DNA of 64,000 nucleotides from an uncultured Clostridia bacterium (GTDB lineage Bacteria; Acidobacteriota; Blastocatellia; HR10): NCBI GenBank assembly GCA_964615335.1, contig CAZTMT010000001.1, positions 642 to 64,641 of the forward strand, read 5' to 3'. Shown piece by piece: positions 59,447 to 64,000 of this stretch (position 1 is its first letter; each line of letters starts with the position of its first letter). The notes under the pieces were generated by a model. It saw only the letters and a program-made list of their open reading frames with translations, ran no database searches and was not told where the DNA came from. The position numbers and the translations under genes were made by a program.

Positions 59447-60460
59447 ATGGTCTTCTGGCGAAAGGGAAAAGAGGAGACGACGGAGAGGCTCTCTGGGGAG
59501 GGCGAATCCCCGGAGGGGGGAGAGCAGGGGCTGCTGCGCAAATTTCACCGAGCGATCGCGCGCACGCGGGAGAGCCTGCGGGAGCGACTTCAGGATCTCA
59601 TGCAGGGACGTCGTGAGATCGAGCCGGCTCTGCTGGAGGAAGTGGAAGAGCTGCTCATCGCCACCGATATGGGGCCGCGCACGGTGATGGCCATTCTGGA
59701 GAAGGCGCGCGCGGCGCTGGATCGCCAGGCTCTTCGAGACCTGGAAGAGCTGAAGCGCTTCATTCAGGGAGAGCTTCTGGCCATTTTACAGAGCGCCGGT
59801 GGTGAGAGCCTCCCGAGCGAGGAGCGCCTTCGGCGCTCCGACGTGCGCCCCTATGTCATTCTCGTGGTCGGCGTCAACGGGACGGGGAAGACGACGACCA
59901 TCGGTAAGCTCGCCTATCGGCTGAAGCGTCAGGGATGGCGCGTTCTCCTGTGCGGAGCCGATACGTTTCGCGCGGCGGCGACAGATCAGTTGGAGATCTG
60001 GGCCGAGCGAGCGGGTGTCCCTCTGATCCAGCAGCAGCCGGGGACGGATCCGGCCGCTGTGCTCTTTGACGCGCTGCGATCGGCCAAAGCGCGCCGGATG
60101 GATGTCGTCATCGCGGATACGGCCGGACGCCTGCATACGAAGGTCAATCTCATGCAGGAGCTGCAGAAGATGTGTCGGGTGGCCGCGCGCGAGGTCGAAG
60201 GGGCTCCGCATGATGTTCTGCTCGTGCTGGATGCTGTGACCGGGCAGAATGGTCTGGAGCAAGCGCGTCGGTTCCTGGAGGCGGTTCGCGTGACGGGGCT
60301 GATCCTGACCAAGCTGGATGGAACGGCTAAGGGAGGGATCGTCGTCGCCATCGCCCGGGAATTGGGGCTGCCCATTCACTATGTCGGCATCGGCGAAGGT
60401 CTGGAGGACCTGGTCGAATTTTCCCCCGACGTCTACGTGCGCAGCTTGTTCGAAGCCTGA
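59447..60460 (+). CDS. ftsY: Signal recognition particle receptor FtsY
   Basis: NG domain with [15 protein letters not shown] (G1), DTAGR (G3) and [10 protein letters not shown] (G4), preceded by an acidic N-terminal region. Confidence 0.9.
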   Translation: MVFWRKGKEETTERLSGEGESPEGGEQGLLRKFHRAIARTRESLRERLQDLMQGRREIEPALLEEVEELLIATDMGPRTVMAILEKARAALDRQALRDLEELKRFIQGELLAILQSAGGESLPSEERLRRSDVRPYVILVVGVNGTGKTTTIGKLAYRLKRQGWRVLLCGADTFRAAATDQLEIWAERAGVPLIQQQPGTDPAAVLFDALRSAKARRMDVVIADTAGRLHTKVNLMQELQKMCRVAAREVEGAPHDVLLVLDAVTGQNGLEQARRFLEAVRVTGLILTKLDGTAKGGIVVAIARELGLPIHYVGIGEGLEDLVEFSPDVYVRSLFEA

Positions 60461-60478
60461 GCGACCTTTGGGGGAAGC

Positions 60479-61186
60479 TCAGAAGAGGCGGCCCGTGAAG
60501 CAGTCCGGGCTTTCGCCGCGACGCAGGTGATTCACCCGCACATGCGCCTGGCGCGTCGGTTCGGGTTGGCGATGTCCGGCCACGCATCGGAGGACCAGGC
60601 GAATCGCGCTCTCCAGATCAATCTTATGCCCCGGGGAGACGAAGATTGGGCTCGTGTGATCTCGCGTCCGCAAGGCGGCGCCTACGACTTCGCCGCGATC
60701 CCAAAGGGGGGAGAAGCTGCCCGCCTGCGGCGCGGGCTCCTCATAGGTTCCCACAAGCAAACTCTTGGCGCATCCGACAGCCGGCAAGTCGAGCAAAAGC
60801 CCCAGATGGCAGGCCAGACCCATACGTCGGGGATGCGCCAGTCCCTGACCATCCAGAAGCACGGCTTCGGGCCAGCGCGTCAGCCTCTCGACCGCTTTCA
60901 GCACGGCCGGAGCTTCCCGAAACGAGAGCAGACCCGGAATATAGGGGAATCGCGTCACGGTGATCGCCGTCGCTTCGTCCACAGGGATCAACTGCGGCAG
61001 CTCCAGAACGACGACGGCGGCGAAAATCGTATCCGACCCTTTGTCGAAGGAGACGTCGGCTCCGGCGACCCATCGCACGCGCTCGACCTCTAGCGGCGCG
61101 AAACGCAGCTTTTCGCGCAGCCGACGCTGAATCTCCATAGCCTCCTGCGGCGAGACGTCCCAGGGATGAAGATCTCTGATCCTCAT
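60479..61186 (-). CDS. nfi: Endonuclease V (deoxyinosine 3' endonuclease)
   Basis: VAGADVSF, GLLSFRE and VGCAKS motifs of the Nfi family. Confidence 0.8.
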   Translation of the reverse strand: MRIRDLHPWDVSPQEAMEIQRRLREKLRFAPLEVERVRWVAGADVSFDKGSDTIFAAVVVLELPQLIPVDEATAITVTRFPYIPGLLSFREAPAVLKAVERLTRWPEAVLLDGQGLAHPRRMGLACHLGLLLDLPAVGCAKSLLVGTYEEPAPQAGSFSPLWDRGEVVGAALRTRDHTSPIFVSPGHKIDLESAIRLVLRCVAGHRQPEPTRQAHVRVNHLRRGESPDCFTGRLF

Positions 61187-61189
61187 GGC

Positions 61190-62176
61190 TCATTCTCCCT
61201 TGGGGGTGTTTTTCACAGCCGGCGCTTCGGAAGAGGGAGGATCGGCCGCAGAAGCCGGGACGACCTTCGCCGGTCGCAGGACCGACAGGAGAATGGAGAG
61301 ACCCAGAGTCGCCGCGACAACACCGAGCGCAATCCCGGTGGGGATCTTGTAGAAATCGGAGATGAGCATCTTCACGCCGACGAAGACGAGAATGATCGAG
61401 AGGCCATAGTGCAGATAGTGGAAGATGCGCACCAGCCCAGCCAGGGCGAAGTAGAGCGCGCGCAGGCCCAGGATGGCGAAGACGTTCGACGTGTAGACGA
61501 TGAACGGATCGTGCGTGATGGCCAAAATCGCCGGGATGGAATCTACGGCGAAGACGATGTCGGTCGTCTCCACAATAAGGACGACGACAAAAAGAGGTGT
61601 GGCTATCGTTCGTCCCATTCTTCGGATGAAGAAGCGGCCGTCCACATACCGGCGCGTGATGGGAATGAATCGGCGAGCCACCCGCAAGAGGGGATTCCGC
61701 TCCGGGTGGATCTCCTTCTCTTTCTCTCCGGCCATGCGCGCGCCGGTCACAATGAGAATCGCTCCGAAGACGTAGATCATCCAGTGGAACTTCTGGATCA
61801 GCGTGACGCCAGCCAAAATGAAAAGAAAGCGCATGATGAGAGCGCCGAGGATGCCCCAGAAGAGGACCTTGTGCTGATAGAGCGGGGGGACGCGGAAGTA
61901 GGAGAAGATGAGCACGAAGACGAAGATATTGTCCATGCTGAGCGATTTCTCGATGAGGTATCCGGTGAGGAACTCCAGGGCGGCGGCCGGGCCGAACCAG
62001 AAGTAGACGCCGACGTTGAAGAGCACGGCCAGGGCGATCCAGAAGATGCTCCAGCCGAGCGCTTCTTTCAACTCGATGACGTGAGCGCGGCGGTGGAAGA
62101 CGCCCAGATCGAGCGCGAGCATGAGGATCACGAAGAGGTTGAAAGCGATCCAGAGCCAGAGCGCGTGTCCCATCAT
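61190..62176 (-). CDS. TerC-family integral membrane protein
   Basis: Polytopic membrane protein with two TerC-type repeats (SLSMDNIFVF / ETTDIVFAVDSIPAILAIT). ATGA overlap with the nadB stop. Confidence 0.75.
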   Translation of the reverse strand: MMGHALWLWIAFNLFVILMLALDLGVFHRRAHVIELKEALGWSIFWIALAVLFNVGVYFWFGPAAALEFLTGYLIEKSLSMDNIFVFVLIFSYFRVPPLYQHKVLFWGILGALIMRFLFILAGVTLIQKFHWMIYVFGAILIVTGARMAGEKEKEIHPERNPLLRVARRFIPITRRYVDGRFFIRRMGRTIATPLFVVVLIVETTDIVFAVDSIPAILAITHDPFIVYTSNVFAILGLRALYFALAGLVRIFHYLHYGLSIILVFVGVKMLISDFYKIPTGIALGVVAATLGLSILLSVLRPAKVVPASAADPPSSEAPAVKNTPKGE

Positions 62177-63732
62177 GTCGGGAAGACCTCCGTTCCCAGA
62201 GGGCGCGTGAAAAGGCCGCGTTCGCGGTGTTGAGCCGAATGGCAGCGCCAGCGCGCGTCATCCGGATCGGGGAAATCCGTGCGGAAGTGGGCTCCGCGGC
62301 TCTCCTCCCGAAAGAGCGCGGCGCGTGCGACGAGCCAGGCCACCGTGACCAGATGGCGTGTGGCGAGAGTGGGGGCGGCGGTTCGCAACTGCTGCAGGCA
62401 ATCCAGGGCCGAGCGCAGCGTCTCGCCGTGGCGGAGCAGGCCGACGTCTCGCCACATGATCTCCCGAACGCGCTGGAGAATGTCCTGGGCGATCCGCGCC
62501 TCCTGAGGGGAGAGGGCGGGCCAGTCCGGAGAAGGAATCACCGGGGTCGCCACGGAAGCGAGGGCGCAGCGAGCGGCTCGCGCTCCGAAGACCAATCCTT
62601 CCAGCAGCGAATTGCTGGCCAAGCGATTGGCTCCGTGCACGCCCGTGCAACTCACCTCGCCGGCGGCGAACAAGCCCTCGATTCCCGTTCTCCCGTCCAG
62701 GTCGGTGCGCACCCCTCCCATGAAGTAGTGCGCCGCCGGGCTGACGGGAATCCACTGGCGCGTCAGATCCAGTCCGTAGCGCCGGCAGGTCTCGACAATG
62801 CGCGGGAAGCGCGCGCGCAGGACGCCGGGCGGCAGATGGGTGAGGTCCAGATAGACGCACGCGGCTTCGGTGCGCTGCATTTCGCTCAGGATCGCGCGCG
62901 CGACGACATCGCGGGGAGCCAGCTCGGCCTCTTCGTGATATCGCGGCATGAAGCGCTCGCCGAAGCGATTGCGCAAGATCCCGCCTTCGCCGCGCAGCGC
63001 CTCGCTCAGCAGAAAGCGCGGCGCGCCTTCTTGATGAAGCGCTGTCGGATGAAACTGCACGAATTCCATATCGCACAGAAGCGCGCCCGCTTCGTAAGCC
63101 ATCGCCATCCCCTCGCCCGTGACGACATCGGGGTTGGTCGTGTGGAGGTAGATCTGCCCGGCGCCTCCGGTGGCCAGGATGACAGCGCGCGCGCGCACCG
63201 TGTGCGCCAGACGCGCGCGCGTGTCCACGTACTGGACGCCGAAGCAGCGCCCCTCATGAACGAGCAAGCGCAGCGCGAAGGCGTGAGATGCGATGCGCAC
63301 GCGCGGCATCTCGCGCACGCGCTCAAGCAGCGTCCGCACGATCTCGCGTCCGGTCGCATCCCCGCGCGCGTGGATAATCCGACGCCGGGAATGCGCGGCC
63401 TCCCGTCCGAACTCCAGCCGATCGCCCACGCGATCGAAGCGGCATCCCCACTGGATCAGCTCGTGCACTGCCCGGGGGCCTTCCTCAACGAGCACACGAA
63501 CGGCTTCGGGATCGCACAGGCCGGCTCCCGCGCGCAGCGTGTCCTCCTGATGCAGGGCGATCTCGTCATCATCGCTCAAGGCGACGGCGACCCCTCCTTG
63601 AGCGTATTTCGTGCTCGATTCGGTGAGTTCGTCCTTGGTGAGGATGAGGACCGATCCCTCCCGTCCCAGCTCCACCGCCGCGCGCAAGCCGGCGATCCCG
63701 CTCCCGATCACGATGAAATCCACGTCGTGCAT
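62173..63732 (-). CDS. nadB: L-aspartate oxidase NadB
   Basis: N-terminal FAD dinucleotide fold (DFIVIGSGIAGL), succinate-DH/fumarate-reductase flavoprotein-family motifs (RSHTVAAEGG-like YAQGGVAVAL), and a C-terminal ...ESRGAHFRTDFP. Confidence 0.85.
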   Translation of the reverse strand: MHDVDFIVIGSGIAGLRAAVELGREGSVLILTKDELTESSTKYAQGGVAVALSDDDEIALHQEDTLRAGAGLCDPEAVRVLVEEGPRAVHELIQWGCRFDRVGDRLEFGREAAHSRRRIIHARGDATGREIVRTLLERVREMPRVRIASHAFALRLLVHEGRCFGVQYVDTRARLAHTVRARAVILATGGAGQIYLHTTNPDVVTGEGMAMAYEAGALLCDMEFVQFHPTALHQEGAPRFLLSEALRGEGGILRNRFGERFMPRYHEEAELAPRDVVARAILSEMQRTEAACVYLDLTHLPPGVLRARFPRIVETCRRYGLDLTRQWIPVSPAAHYFMGGVRTDLDGRTGIEGLFAAGEVSCTGVHGANRLASNSLLEGLVFGARAARCALASVATPVIPSPDWPALSPQEARIAQDILQRVREIMWRDVGLLRHGETLRSALDCLQQLRTAAPTLATRHLVTVAWLVARAALFREESRGAHFRTDFPDPDDARWRCHSAQHRERGLFTRPLGTEVFPT

Positions 63733-63744
63733 GATCGGGATGCA

Positions 63745-64000
63745 TCAGTCGGCTTTCTTGGCTTTGGCCGAAGGTGTGGGTGCAGCTTCCGGTTCGGCGG
63801 CCTTTGTCCCTTCGCGCCGCGGCAGGCCCAGGGCTTGCCGAATCTCATTCTCGATCGCCAGCGCCAGATCCGGATTCGCTTTGAGGAAGAGGCGCGCGTT
63901 CTCCCGCCCCTGGCCGAGTCGCTCGCCTTTGTAGGCATACCAGGCGCCGCTCTTCTCCACGATGCGGTGCTCGACGCCCAGATCCAGAAGCTCTCCCTCG
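63745..64000 (-). CDS. recA: Recombinase RecA, C-terminal end only (5' part beyond window)
   Basis: Minus-strand translation ...[57 protein letters not shown]... is the conserved RecA C-domain. The frame stays open to the window end. Confidence 0.8.
   Translation of the reverse strand, partial: EGELLDLGVEHRIVEKSGAWYAYKGERLGQGRENARLFLKANPDLALAIENEIRQALGLPRREGTKAAEPEAAPTPSAKAKKAD

Noticed and set aside
60490-60520. GCCCG...CGGGC hairpin followed by TTTCG after ftsY
   Set aside because: Short stem, long loop, weak T-tract, and it lies inside the nfi coding 3' end. Not convincing as an intrinsic terminator.

Overview
This is a high-GC (~65%), gene-dense bacterial chromosomal segment with no rRNA, tRNA, CRISPR array, transposase or integrase that I can recognise. 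Two TonB-dependent receptors with N-terminal carboxypeptidase-regulatory-like domains and C-terminal Phe suggest an Acidobacteriota-like Gram-negative organism (inference). The left edge carries a truncated type I R-M methyltransferase (hsdM, minus strand) beside a divergent radical-SAM/SPASM protein. From ~33.2 kb down to ~2.0 kb, essentially every real gene is on the minus strand and most are tightly packed, several with ATGA stop/start overlaps. This ~31-kb supercluster reads: LacI repressor, iolB, iolC, iolD, TonB receptor, PIG-L/LmbE de-N-acetylase, APC permease, PfkB sugar kinase, GH4 NAD-dependent glycosidase, iolA/mmsA, TonB receptor, secreted PHP phosphoesterase, GH38 alpha-mannosidase, secreted hypothetical, Zn-ADH, a coiled-coil-repeat/PD-(D/E)xK-like protein, and a CUT2 sugar ABC ATPase and permease. 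I interpret it as a candidate glycosyl-inositol (GPI / glycosyl-inositol-phosphoceramide head-group) import and catabolism locus. From 33.4 to 35.2 kb a consensus sigma70 promoter drives a TPR regulator with a C-terminal Fis-type HTH, co-transcribed with a small Sec-secreted Gly/Trp-rich peptide; this may be a regulator-peptide signalling or bacteriocin-like pair. From 35.2 to 43.2 kb an 8-gene Pho operon (OprO/P-like porin, pstSCAB, phoU, phoB, soluble PAS-type phoR) sits behind a four-repeat Pho-box array. The rest of the window holds housekeeping genes: an HIT-like/GNAT pair, htpX-grpE-clpA-like, folP, aspA, lysS, ftsY, nfi, terC, nadB and partial recA. Between folP and an FG-GAP repeat protein lies a ~2-kb region (52.5-54.46 kb) of poor coding potential and lower GC. 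It contains a strong 11-bp-stem structured element and about five tandem ~73-bp repeats, each built of UUCG-tetraloop hairpins with compensatory stem changes; this is a candidate structured ncRNA array. The many long plus-strand ORFs in the track that overlap minus-strand genes are high-GC antisense artefacts.
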